Below, piece by piece: positions 49,518-57,880 of a stretch of DNA of 63,122 nucleotides. Source of the DNA: a candidate division WOR-3 bacterium (GTDB lineage Bacteria; Hydrothermota; Tepidihabitantia; B3-TA06); the NCBI GenBank assembly GCA_023128825.1, contig JAGMDF010000109.1:1-63122 (forward strand). The letters run 5' to 3'. The translations under genes and the position numbers were made by a program. Position 1 is the stretch's first letter; each line of letters begins with the position of its first letter. The notes under the pieces were generated by a model, which was given only the letters and a program-made list of their open reading frames with translations, did no database searches and was not told where the DNA came from.

Positions 49518-51224
49518 ATGTCGATACTTTTGCTTTCCGCAATCCTTTTCTCCCAGGCTGGCGACACCACCCAGCCGGTGGTTACCTGGGAGCCGAAGAT
49601 ACCTGCGTGGGGTGAAACCGTAACCTTCACCTATCATCACACAGCGCCTGATGCGGTCCTCAAGGGCGCAGTGCCTATATTCGCCAAGATAGAGGACGAG
49701 GTAATCCCATGTGAACGAAAAGACGACATCTCTCTTGTTCAATTCGTAGTGCCCGATTCGGTACCTTATGTTGGCGCGTTTTTCTACTCTTTGGAGGAAA
49801 GAGACCCGCCGGTATGCGGCGGGTTCGGGGTGGAGGTGGCTACGCCTGAAGGGTGGAGTTCCCTTTACCTCTCCCTTCAGATGCTTCGTTATCGCTGGTT
49901 CGGGGTGAAGTTCGGAAAGATCACACCCGAGGAGGTTCGGGAGGAAATCGACAGCCTGAGGCAAAACCCGATTGACCAGGCTCTATATCGTCATCTCTTG
50001 ACGTATGGATTCCTGCAGTTTGGGGAGATGGATTCGGTCTTCGACGTTCTAGCACAGATGAGAGAAAAGGATGCAGGTAGCACCGACTACGCCTGGGCGT
50101 TGCTTGCGGTTAACTATGATGTTCATGACAAGGTGATCGAGCTTGACCCAGAGAAGCTGGCTACCCTTTATGAGTGGATGGACGAGGAGGCAAAGCGAGG
50201 TAATACCGATCTGGGGTTTCTTATCTGGATAGGTATGAGATGGAAAGAAGGGAACACCTCCTTATCGCTCAAGGAACGGGAGAGGATACTTAAAAACGCA
50301 GTTAACCAGGCCCCACACGAATACTGGCGTCATGTATTCCTTGCTGATCACTACCTTGCGGCGGGCGATACAGCTAAAGCGGAGAAAGGGTACTCGGTTG
50401 CTATTGACCTAATACTGACCGGAGTTCCTCAAAAGAAAAGTGGAGAGGTCAGCGGTTTATGGTTGCAACGCAATCTTCTACAATCGCTTCTCAATCGCGC
50501 ACGGATTCGTGCCACTTATAAAGAGTACAACGCGGCACTGGCCGACCTCTCCCTTGCCATCTTTTTGAAGTCCGATCCGCAGATAGAAAGAGAAGCCTAC
50601 TTCGAGATGGGTAAGGTCTATCAGGGGCTTGAACTTTACAAAAGGGCGGAGGAGGCCTACCTTGAGGCCTTCAGGCAAGGATACCCGGATGCCCAGGCCG
50701 CACTTAGGATAACATACCTCATGAATTACGGCGAGGAAGGGTTCGATGAGTGGCTGGTTGAGCAGTTGGCTCCCAGGGAGGGTGAGGAGCTTTTCGTTAC
50801 CCGGGATTTCGCTTTCACCACCCTTGACGGCGAGGAAGGCCGCTGGTTCGATCTCCGGGGCAAGATCGTGGTGGTAAACCGCTTCGGTCTGGGATGCGGT
50901 GGTATTAGAGCACAGATACCTGTGTTAAATCAACTGGTAGATGCGTACAAAGGTCAAGAAGTCGAATTCGTTGCTTTCTCCGGAGATGGCCCCGATCTCT
51001 TAAAACACTATCTGGCAGAACATCCTTTCAAATATCGCATGCTTCGAGTTGAAGGCACGGATTTCTGCTATGCCCTTAACGCAGACCCCGTGGCAAGGCC
51101 CTGGCAGATTGTGATTGATCCTCGAGGCCGGGTGCGTTATTACAAGATGGGGGGATTTGTTGATGCCTCGAAGATGGATGGTATAAAGCTCATCATCGAC
51201 CAGCTTCTGCGTGAACAGGAATGA
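49518..51224 (+). CDS. TPR-containing protein with C-terminal thioredoxin-fold (TlpA-like) domain lacking a CxxC
   Basis: TPR-like helices are in the middle. In the C-terminal FTTLDGEEGRWFDLRGKIVVVNRFGLGCGGIRAQIPVLNQL, GCGGI replaces WCxxC. Confidence 0.85.
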   Translation: MSILLLSAILFSQAGDTTQPVVTWEPKIPAWGETVTFTYHHTAPDAVLKGAVPIFAKIEDEVIPCERKDDISLVQFVVPDSVPYVGAFFYSLEERDPPVCGGFGVEVATPEGWSSLYLSLQMLRYRWFGVKFGKITPEEVREEIDSLRQNPIDQALYRHLLTYGFLQFGEMDSVFDVLAQMREKDAGSTDYAWALLAVNYDVHDKVIELDPEKLATLYEWMDEEAKRGNTDLGFLIWIGMRWKEGNTSLSLKERERILKNAVNQAPHEYWRHVFLADHYLAAGDTAKAEKGYSVAIDLILTGVPQKKSGEVSGLWLQRNLLQSLLNRARIRATYKEYNAALADLSLAIFLKSDPQIEREAYFEMGKVYQGLELYKRAEEAYLEAFRQGYPDAQAALRITYLMNYGEEGFDEWLVEQLAPREGEELFVTRDFAFTTLDGEEGRWFDLRGKIVVVNRFGLGCGGIRAQIPVLNQLVDAYKGQEVEFVAFSGDGPDLLKHYLAEHPFKYRMLRVEGTDFCYALNADPVARPWQIVIDPRGRVRYYKMGGFVDASKMDGIKLIIDQLLREQE

Positions 51225-51259
51225 ATGCTCCTTTTGCCCTTATGGGCAAAAGATCGCAG
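51225..51259 (+). repeat. R2 hairpin copy
   Basis: ATGCTCC-cttttgccc ttat gggcaaaag-ATCGCAG, beginning at the nucleotide after the TGA stop. Confidence 0.9.
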
Positions 51260-51271
51260 GTAGAAGTAGAA

Positions 51272-51311
51272 GTGGTGGCCCGTGTTACGGTGTTACGGGG
51301 CCGCCACTTTT
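51272..51311 (+). terminator. Rho-independent terminator whose loop is two R7 units
   Basis: Stem gtggtggccc/ggggccgccac (10 bp, one G-U), loop gtgttacggtgttacg, then TTTT. Confidence 0.7.
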
Positions 51312-51334
51312 ATTCGAAGAATCTCTAAGTCTAG

Positions 51335-51763
51335 CTAGTAGGCAATCTTGGCACGAAGCTTCTCCCAGGCTTTCTCGGTCTTGTCCTGGGCGCGCTGCGC
51401 CTTCCAGTAGAGGTTTACCCAGCGTGCTCCACTAACGCGGCTCGTCTTGTCCCACAACTCGCGTGTCTTCTCTATATCCTTACGCATTCTCTTGACATCG
51501 CCCGCGTAAGGCGACTTGCCGTCTTCAGAAGTGATCTTCACAAACTCGTCAAGCTCGGCTTCCATTACGTCAAGCCTTTTCGAAAAGTAGTTGTTCACCG
51601 GATCGCGCATCTCGTTTACGGTTCGCTTAAGACCTTGAATTGAGAGAATGGTAAAAAGGTTTATGAACCCGGATACGATCAGGAGTCCAAAAAGCACCCA
51701 TACGATAATCGTTGTAGAGTCGGGTTGCCTTTGCCTGGCCTCTTTTTGCTTCGTTCGAGCCAT
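51335..51763 (-). CDS. hypothetical membrane-anchored helical protein
   Basis: 142-aa ORF with one N-terminal TM segment (IIVWVLFGLLIVSGFINLFTIL). It starts 2 nt after the OmpA-family gene stop. Confidence 0.75.
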   Translation of the reverse strand: MARTKQKEARQRQPDSTTIIVWVLFGLLIVSGFINLFTILSIQGLKRTVNEMRDPVNNYFSKRLDVMEAELDEFVKITSEDGKSPYAGDVKRMRKDIEKTRELWDKTSRVSGARWVNLYWKAQRAQDKTEKAWEKLRAKIAY

Positions 51764-51765
51764 GC

Positions 51766-53688
51766 CTACATCTCGCCAATGATAACGAACTCAACACGAC
51801 GGTTGAGTTCGCGTCCCGACTCGCTGGTATTGGATGCGATAGGCATCGTCTCACCGTATCCTCGTGGAACCACCCGGCGCGGATCTATCTGATGGGTCAT
51901 CACGAAGTAGTTGACCACCGAGGCCGCGCGAGCCTCTGAAAGCTTCTGGTTGTAGGAATCGGAGCCGACGCTGTCGGTATGTCCCTGGATCTCAACGCGT
52001 ATGGAAGGATTCTCCTTGAGTATCTTGGCCGCCTCATCCAGCACCACATAGCTCTGAGGCTTGATCGTGGATTTGTTGAAGTCGAAGTAGATGCCGCGAA
52101 GGGTAAATGTCATCCCCTTCTTGACCAGCTTGAACTCCTTCTCTGTGACCTTATCCTCACTAATAACCAGAGGCGAGGGCTGATCGATATAACCTTCAGC
52201 GGAGACTATGATGGCGTAGGTTCCTGCAGGAATCTCGGCCTTGAACACGCCCGTAGTGGCATCCGCCTTAACAGGTGGGATATCGGTATCAGGAAAGCGC
52301 ACCACACCGGCTAAGAGTTCCTCGGTCTTGCGGTCCTTGATCTGGCCTATGAACTGCCCCACGACCTTGGTGGTCTTGAGCATAACATCCAGATTAGATG
52401 TGCGGTTGACGTTGATCTGAACCGTGTTGATTGCAGGCACGAACTCAGGCGCCGTAACCTCGACTGAGGCCACGCCGGTGGGCACCGAGTCAAGACTGTA
52501 GAAACCGTTGGCGTCTGTCTTGACAGGTGGACGCTCAAGTCCTTTGAGCTTAACCTGGGTTCCAGCAAGCGGTCGGCCTGTCTTTGCATCCTTGACCACG
52601 CCGGTGATGGAACCGTAGGTCTGCCTGGGCATCAAAAGGATATCCTGGGTGGTGGTCTCGTCCTCCTTGACCACCATCGGGATACTCGTCTCCCGGTAGG
52701 CATCTGCCCGGGCTAGGATGGTAACCACTCCCACAGGAACGTTCTCAAACTGAAATACACCTGTAGCCGGATCGGTTGTGACCTCGGGGATCTTGATGGT
52801 GGTATCGGCAAAGAATACCCGTGCGACAATCGGCTGCTCTGTAACGGCGTCGCGTACGGCACCGGCGATCACGCCCACTGGCGGTGGTGCGGGGCGAAGG
52901 AAGGGAGATACGAAGTTTATCCCTAAGATGCCCTGGAAGGTAGGAGCGTTGCCGAAGCTGATATCAAGCCCCAGATCAAGCCCGACACCGAATGGGAAGG
53001 TGAACTTGATCCCCGGAGTGATGCGAAGCGCGCTTTCGTTGAAGTCAAAGAGTGCGTCCAGGGACTGGACCGTTGTTGCTTCGAGCGTGACCGCGTAGGT
53101 CTTGGCAGGTAACTCCAGCCCCAGACCTAGTAGCAGTGAATCTTCGACGGTGGCGCTGGTGTTGGTAAGGTATCCACCGTTGAAAACCAGGTTAAAAGGA
53201 GCGGCAACCGAGACGTCTGCGAAATCAAAACCCAAAAGCAGGCCGCCGCCGTAACCGAAGCCCGGGTCCTCCGCGCGAAGCCCGAAGCCATCGTCCAAAG
53301 TGGATACAGAACCCAGACCCATGATGCCGAACTTGAACACAGGAACGACCAGAACGCTTGCCTTCAGTCCGAATCGGGTGTCGTAGAAGCCTACCTTGGT
53401 GTTGGTAAAACTGAAGTCGTCGGACCAACCCGCGTAGGTGGGCGATGCCCAAAACCCCATCCAGTTCAGGGGAGCGTAGGTCACCCCGCCGTGCAAAGCC
53501 AACTGGTACCAGGTGGTAGAACCGACCTCCGCGTTCTGTATGGTGCTGTGTAGGGACAGTGAAAGCATCCCATAGCCGTCTGTTTTTGTGTCGATCACCC
53601 TGTAAAATCCCCGGCTCCCCCCTATCGCAGGGAACCCCGCGGCAATCCCAACCCCTAAAAGAACCAGAACCAAACTACGCTTGAGCAT
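51766..53688 (-). CDS. OmpA-family outer membrane protein with N-terminal beta-barrel and several carboxypeptidase-regulatory-like domains
   Basis: Signal peptide. Repeated GxVxDAxTGxPLAG-type CarboxypepD_reg modules. The C-terminal VEIQGHTDSVGSDSYNQKLSEARAASV...NRRVEFVI is the OmpA domain. Confidence 0.93.
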   Translation of the reverse strand: MLKRSLVLVLLGVGIAAGFPAIGGSRGFYRVIDTKTDGYGMLSLSLHSTIQNAEVGSTTWYQLALHGGVTYAPLNWMGFWASPTYAGWSDDFSFTNTKVGFYDTRFGLKASVLVVPVFKFGIMGLGSVSTLDDGFGLRAEDPGFGYGGGLLLGFDFADVSVAAPFNLVFNGGYLTNTSATVEDSLLLGLGLELPAKTYAVTLEATTVQSLDALFDFNESALRITPGIKFTFPFGVGLDLGLDISFGNAPTFQGILGINFVSPFLRPAPPPVGVIAGAVRDAVTEQPIVARVFFADTTIKIPEVTTDPATGVFQFENVPVGVVTILARADAYRETSIPMVVKEDETTTQDILLMPRQTYGSITGVVKDAKTGRPLAGTQVKLKGLERPPVKTDANGFYSLDSVPTGVASVEVTAPEFVPAINTVQINVNRTSNLDVMLKTTKVVGQFIGQIKDRKTEELLAGVVRFPDTDIPPVKADATTGVFKAEIPAGTYAIIVSAEGYIDQPSPLVISEDKVTEKEFKLVKKGMTFTLRGIYFDFNKSTIKPQSYVVLDEAAKILKENPSIRVEIQGHTDSVGSDSYNQKLSEARAASVVNYFVMTHQIDPRRVVPRGYGETMPIASNTSESGRELNRRVEFVIIGEM

Positions 53689-53758
53689 GACGTCTCCTTA
53701 TTTTTTTATACTCCATTTTAAGCAAAAGGGACACGGTGTCAAGAACTGTGTCGCGTGA

Positions 53759-54184
53759 TTGCTGTCGCGAAAGTCTGGGAACTTCGAAGCAGCCATATGT
53801 AAGGATGTTTACACCTCTACCCTATCCGTCACTGAGGGTTGGTATTGGCTCTCGATCTACGATGAAGACTCGGTCCTGCTTGCTCAATCCGATTCCGTGT
53901 TTTGTGGAACCGATACTCTACCTCCTCTTCCTATAGCTGATTTTGGTGGAAACCCGACTTCTGGTTCTATACCCTTAAGAGTCTGGTTTTATGACCAGTC
54001 AATCAGAAACACGATGAACGAATGGGATTTAGTGGACGGATACAAAACTTCTGAATCCCCCGGGGGTGCCTTTCGTTATATTTACGAAACCGCTGGAATC
54101 TATACCGTTACCCTTATAGCTAGAAATGAGTAAGGGGCCGATACCATGACCCGCAAGAACTACATCCACGTTACCGAGCCGTAG
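53759..54184 (+). pseudogene. PKD-domain fragment interrupted by an in-frame TAA
   Basis: ...PIADFGGNPTSGSIPLRVWFYDQS...YIYETAGIYTVTLIARNE * GADTMTRKNYIHVTEP*. The PKD consensus continues across the stop at 54131-54133. No signal peptide. Confidence 0.5.
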
Positions 54185-54403
54185 GGTTAGTCAGGAATCG
54201 GTATGTTACATTCCTTGCAAAGACGACTCAGCCAATCGGGAGCTTGATCGCCATAGACTTCCAGCAACCGTCTGACTTCTGCTTTAGTCAAATCTTTTCC
54301 CTGTGCTCTTGCCCTGCGGCGGGATACGCATTAGGGAATTTAATAAACTCCTCCGTGCCTTAAAGCGATCAGCGATACACAACCGGATACGCCTCTATTT
54401 ACC

Positions 54404-54432
54404 TTGACAAAGGGGTAATTTCTGGGTAAACT
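54404..54432 (+). promoter_or_regulatory. sigma70-like promoter (TTGACA-N17-TAAACT)
   Basis: Followed by an AAAGGAGG SD and the ATG at 54463. Confidence 0.5.
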
Positions 54433-54462
54433 TTACTAAAGTCTAAGTCGAAAGGAGGCGAT

Positions 54463-56139
54463 ATGGGCAAAAAGATAGTGGTAGGGCTCCTAGGTTTAGC
54501 CCTGGCACTTTTTGCCGAGTTCAATCGTTCTTCCGTATTGATAGACGTCCCGACCGCCTACGTGCTGCGGCACAAGGTGATTCAAGGGACGGCGGTTGGA
54601 TCGTTTGCTTTAAGCACCTACGATTCTATACCCTCACCTTACGATTTTGATCTCTGCCTGGGCGCGGGGATAGGAGACTTCCTGGAGATATCCCTCTCAG
54701 CCTACGGTCTTGAAAACTACTCTCTGGGCTTTACCGCTCTCTTGCTGCGGGAGAATAAATACTCTCCATCCGTGGCGGTAGGTGTCCATGAGATAACATG
54801 GGTGCCTTACATAGGCTCCTTTGGAGGAGGCAACGAACTTAGCGAGAATCCTGGCTCCGGTAACTGGAATCCGGAGGATAAGATCATCGACAAACCAGGA
54901 TTTATCTACTGGGAACAGCAGGAGTGGTTCAGTGCCTTTGCTGTGGCCTCAAAACAGTTCTGCAACTACTTCCGTATCCACGCAGGTGTTGGTCGAGGCC
55001 GCTACACGGGTTACGGACGCATCTCAAAATACTTCAACACCGATATCTTCAACGAAAAGGCGGTCTCCGGACTGGCGCTCGGGCTTTTCGGAGCAGTAGA
55101 GTTCAACTACCAGGATTGGCTTTCTGTAGCCGCGGAGTACGACGGAAGGGACGTGAACTTCGGCACCAAGGTGGGATTTAATCACTGGGAGCTCTATCTC
55201 GCAGTAACACGTCTTGAGAACCTCGTTGACACCACTACCAGCTACTCACCCAGGTTGGTTGCCGGGCTGAATCTCTACACCTCGCCTTACCATAAAGCCC
55301 CCAAGGGAACGGAAATAGCAGGCAAGGCAGTCTACCCTGACGGTAAGCCTGCATCGAGTGCCAGGATCGAGGCCTTTAGCGATAACTACACCCAGGAAAC
55401 GACCGCTAACGAAAGAGGCCTCTACAAGATGCGTGCGGTGCCAGCCGGCATGGTAACGCTCGTCGCATCCCAAGAAGGATACCGCAGCAAACCTCAGCTA
55501 CTGAAGGTTACGTCAGTTTCTTCGACAAGCGCTAAGGATCTTGTCCTCAAGGACATTCACGACAAAGGAACGATTCACGGCATTGTAAAAGATGCGGAAG
55601 AGGGCTCGGGCATCATTGCAAACGTCTACGTGGTCGAGACAGATGACGTGGTTCGTACCGGTCCACGCGGCGGGAGCTACGAGGTCATGGGACTTGAAGC
55701 GGGCAAGTACACCCTGCATGCACAGGCGCGAGGCTACTTTGATCACGAGATCACCGCCGAGGCAGGCGCCGGCTCAACTACGGAACTCAACATCAACATG
55801 AGCAAAAACTGGATCATCTTCCACTTCAAACCGGGTGAGAAGCTGATCGAGCCGCGCTATGTGCCCGTACTTGAAGACGTGGTGCGCTTCCTTAAGGACC
55901 GACCGAAGATGGTCGTCGAGATACAGGGACACACAGACAGCGTAGGTGATGCCAAGGCCAATAGAGCACTCTCACGCAAACGTGCGGAAGCGGTACGAGA
56001 CTACCTGGTTAAGAGGGGCATCAGCGAGAGAAGACTGGTAGTAAAGGGCTACGGTGAGCTTGCACCGATAGGAGATAACCGGACGATCCTGGGACGCGAC
56101 ATGAACCGTCGTGTGGAGCTGAAGGTTTTAAGCGAGTAG
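54463..56139 (+). CDS. OmpA-family outer membrane protein (paralog) with carboxypeptidase-regulatory-like domains
   Basis: Signal peptide. The C-terminal VEIQGHTDSVGDAKANRALSRKRAEAV...NRRVELKV is the OmpA domain. Confidence 0.93.
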   Translation: MGKKIVVGLLGLALALFAEFNRSSVLIDVPTAYVLRHKVIQGTAVGSFALSTYDSIPSPYDFDLCLGAGIGDFLEISLSAYGLENYSLGFTALLLRENKYSPSVAVGVHEITWVPYIGSFGGGNELSENPGSGNWNPEDKIIDKPGFIYWEQQEWFSAFAVASKQFCNYFRIHAGVGRGRYTGYGRISKYFNTDIFNEKAVSGLALGLFGAVEFNYQDWLSVAAEYDGRDVNFGTKVGFNHWELYLAVTRLENLVDTTTSYSPRLVAGLNLYTSPYHKAPKGTEIAGKAVYPDGKPASSARIEAFSDNYTQETTANERGLYKMRAVPAGMVTLVASQEGYRSKPQLLKVTSVSSTSAKDLVLKDIHDKGTIHGIVKDAEEGSGIIANVYVVETDDVVRTGPRGGSYEVMGLEAGKYTLHAQARGYFDHEITAEAGAGSTTELNINMSKNWIIFHFKPGEKLIEPRYVPVLEDVVRFLKDRPKMVVEIQGHTDSVGDAKANRALSRKRAEAVRDYLVKRGISERRLVVKGYGELAPIGDNRTILGRDMNRRVELKVLSE

Positions 56140-56306
56140 AAAGGAGTCCGGAGAGGTATTCAAAAAGGGGCTGCAGGTTAAGGAATTCCAGGTATGATGC
56201 AGGAAAAATTTTAATGAAACCTCACGTCTACTCGTCATGAGTAGATGCGTAAGGTCGAAAGATAAAACACAAACCTTCCAACCCTCTGCAAGTAGGAGGA
56301 TAACTA

Positions 56307-57557
56307 ATGAGTGAAGAGCTGAATCCCTTCAAGATAGCACAGGCACAGTTTGATGAGGCGGCGGAGTTTTTGGGCCTTGAACCGGCGATGCGTGAGGTTC
56401 TTCGCTGGCCGCGCCGTGAGTATCAGTTCACCATCCCGGTGAAGATGGATGACGGCTCAACCAAGGTATTCCACGGCTACCGGATCCAGCACAACGATGC
56501 CCGAGGCCCTGCAAAGGGCGGCATTCGCTGGCACCCTGCAGAAACCATCGATACCGTGCGCGCTCTTGCCGCATGGATGACCTGGAAGACCGCTGTCGTT
56601 GACATCCCATTGGGCGGCAGTAAGGGCGGCGTTACCTGTAATCCCAAGGAGTTCTCCGAGGGCGAGAAGGAACGTCTTGCCCGCGGATGGATGCGCGCTA
56701 TTGCACGCGAACTTGGTGAGCACCGCGACTCCCCTGCCCCTGACGTCTACACCACCCCGCAGATCATGGCCTGGATGATGGACGAGTTCGAGACTATTGT
56801 TGGCCGCAACCATCCGGCGGTGATAACCGGCAAGCCTATCCCCATCGGCGGCTCACAGGGTCGGGGCGACGCAACCGCACGCGGCGGCATCTACACCGTC
56901 CGCGAGGCCTGCAAGACCCTGGGCGTCGATCCCAAGGGAACATACGCCATCCAGGGATTCGGCAACGCCGGTCAGTTCGCGGCTCTGCTTCATCAGGAAG
57001 TCCTCGGAGGCGGCAAGCTGGTGGGGGTATCCGACTCACGCGGAGGCATCTACGTGGAAGGCGGCATGGACCCCGAAGCCATCGTCAAGCACAAGCTTGA
57101 GACCGGGAAGGTAGGAGATTTCCCAGGCTCAAAGCCCATCACCAACGAGGAGCTTTTAGAGCTTAACGTGGACATCCTCTATCCCGCCGCACTTGAGAAC
57201 ATGATAACCAAGGAGAACGCACCGCGCATCAAGGCCAAGATCAGCTGCGAGCTGGCGAACGGACCTACCACCCCTGAGGCCGACGTTATACTTCACGAGA
57301 AGGGGATCCACGTCATCCCGGACTTTCTGGCCAACGCAGGCGGTGTGACCGTTTCCTACTTCGAACAGGTTCAGGGCACCTACAACTACTACTGGCCGCT
57401 TGAGGAGATTCGCAAGCAGCTCGACGCCAGGATGACTGCGGCCTACCACGCGGTTTACAAGATGCACAAGGAGAAAAACGTGCACATGCGTCTGGCCGCT
57501 TATCTCGTGTCAGTGGCCCGTGTGGCCGAGGCGGTCAAGCTCCGAGGCTGGGTATAA
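56307..57557 (+). CDS. gdhA: NAD(P)-specific glutamate dehydrogenase
   Basis: [16 protein letters not shown] and GFGNAGQ motifs. Confidence 0.95.
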   Translation: MSEELNPFKIAQAQFDEAAEFLGLEPAMREVLRWPRREYQFTIPVKMDDGSTKVFHGYRIQHNDARGPAKGGIRWHPAETIDTVRALAAWMTWKTAVVDIPLGGSKGGVTCNPKEFSEGEKERLARGWMRAIARELGEHRDSPAPDVYTTPQIMAWMMDEFETIVGRNHPAVITGKPIPIGGSQGRGDATARGGIYTVREACKTLGVDPKGTYAIQGFGNAGQFAALLHQEVLGGGKLVGVSDSRGGIYVEGGMDPEAIVKHKLETGKVGDFPGSKPITNEELLELNVDILYPAALENMITKENAPRIKAKISCELANGPTTPEADVILHEKGIHVIPDFLANAGGVTVSYFEQVQGTYNYYWPLEEIRKQLDARMTAAYHAVYKMHKEKNVHMRLAAYLVSVARVAEAVKLRGWV

Positions 57558-57559
57558 TA

Positions 57560-57596
57560 ATCCTCCTTTTCTCCCTGCGGGAGAAAAGATCGGAAG
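57560..57596 (+). repeat. R2 hairpin copy
   Basis: ATCCTCC-cttttctccc tgc gggagaaaag-ATCGGAAG, starting 3 nt after the gdhA stop. Confidence 0.9.
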
Positions 57597-57608
57597 ACAA
57601 TAATGGGA

Positions 57609-57640
57609 GGGCTGGCTTGCAAGTCAGCCCTCATTATTTA
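57609..57640 (+). terminator. terminator-like palindrome after gdhA
   Basis: gggctggcttg/caagtcagccc (11-bp arms, one mismatch) followed by the T-rich tcattattta. Confidence 0.5.
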
Positions 57641-57665
57641 CCCCCTCTCACTTTGGGAGAGGGGG
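57641..57665. repeat. R5 hairpin copy
   Basis: ccccctctc actttgg gagaggggg, a 9-bp stem. Confidence 0.7.
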
Positions 57666-57710
57666 AGTGAGGGTCTGCGAATTTTTTAACCGAAGGTTAA
57701 AAAGAGCATT

Positions 57711-57807
57711 TATCGCGGGGACCCCGGAAACCTATGCTCCTTTTCGCCTAACGGCAAAAAGTTCGCAAATCTAAGATTGAAGGGCCGACCTTAAGGTCGG
57801 CCCTTTT
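57711..57807 (+). repeat. composite block: partial R1 - R2 - R3 + T-tract
   Basis: tatcgcggggacccc..., then ATGCTCC-ttttcgcc taac ggcaaaaag-TTCGCAA (57734-57768), then agggccgaccttaaggtcggccc tttt (57781-57807). The order matches the block at 20587-20706. Confidence 0.8.
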
Positions 57808-57811
57808 CCTA

Positions 57812-57840
57812 TTGACATAATACCCTAATCTTGTTATTAT
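57812..57840 (+). promoter_or_regulatory. sigma70-like promoter (TTGACA-N17-TATTAT)
   Basis: Followed by a GGAAGGAG SD and the ATG at 57881. Confidence 0.5.
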
Positions 57841-57880
57841 AACGTCACTTAAACCGTAAAGACCATGGAAGGAGATCGAA

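Noticed and set aside
54190-54330. A minus-strand open frame reading ...RRRARAQGKDLTKAEVRRLLEVYGDQAPDWLSRLCKECNIPIPD*.
   Set aside because: It has no start codon, is shorter than 50 codons and has no recognisable family. It may be another gene scar, but this cannot be supported.
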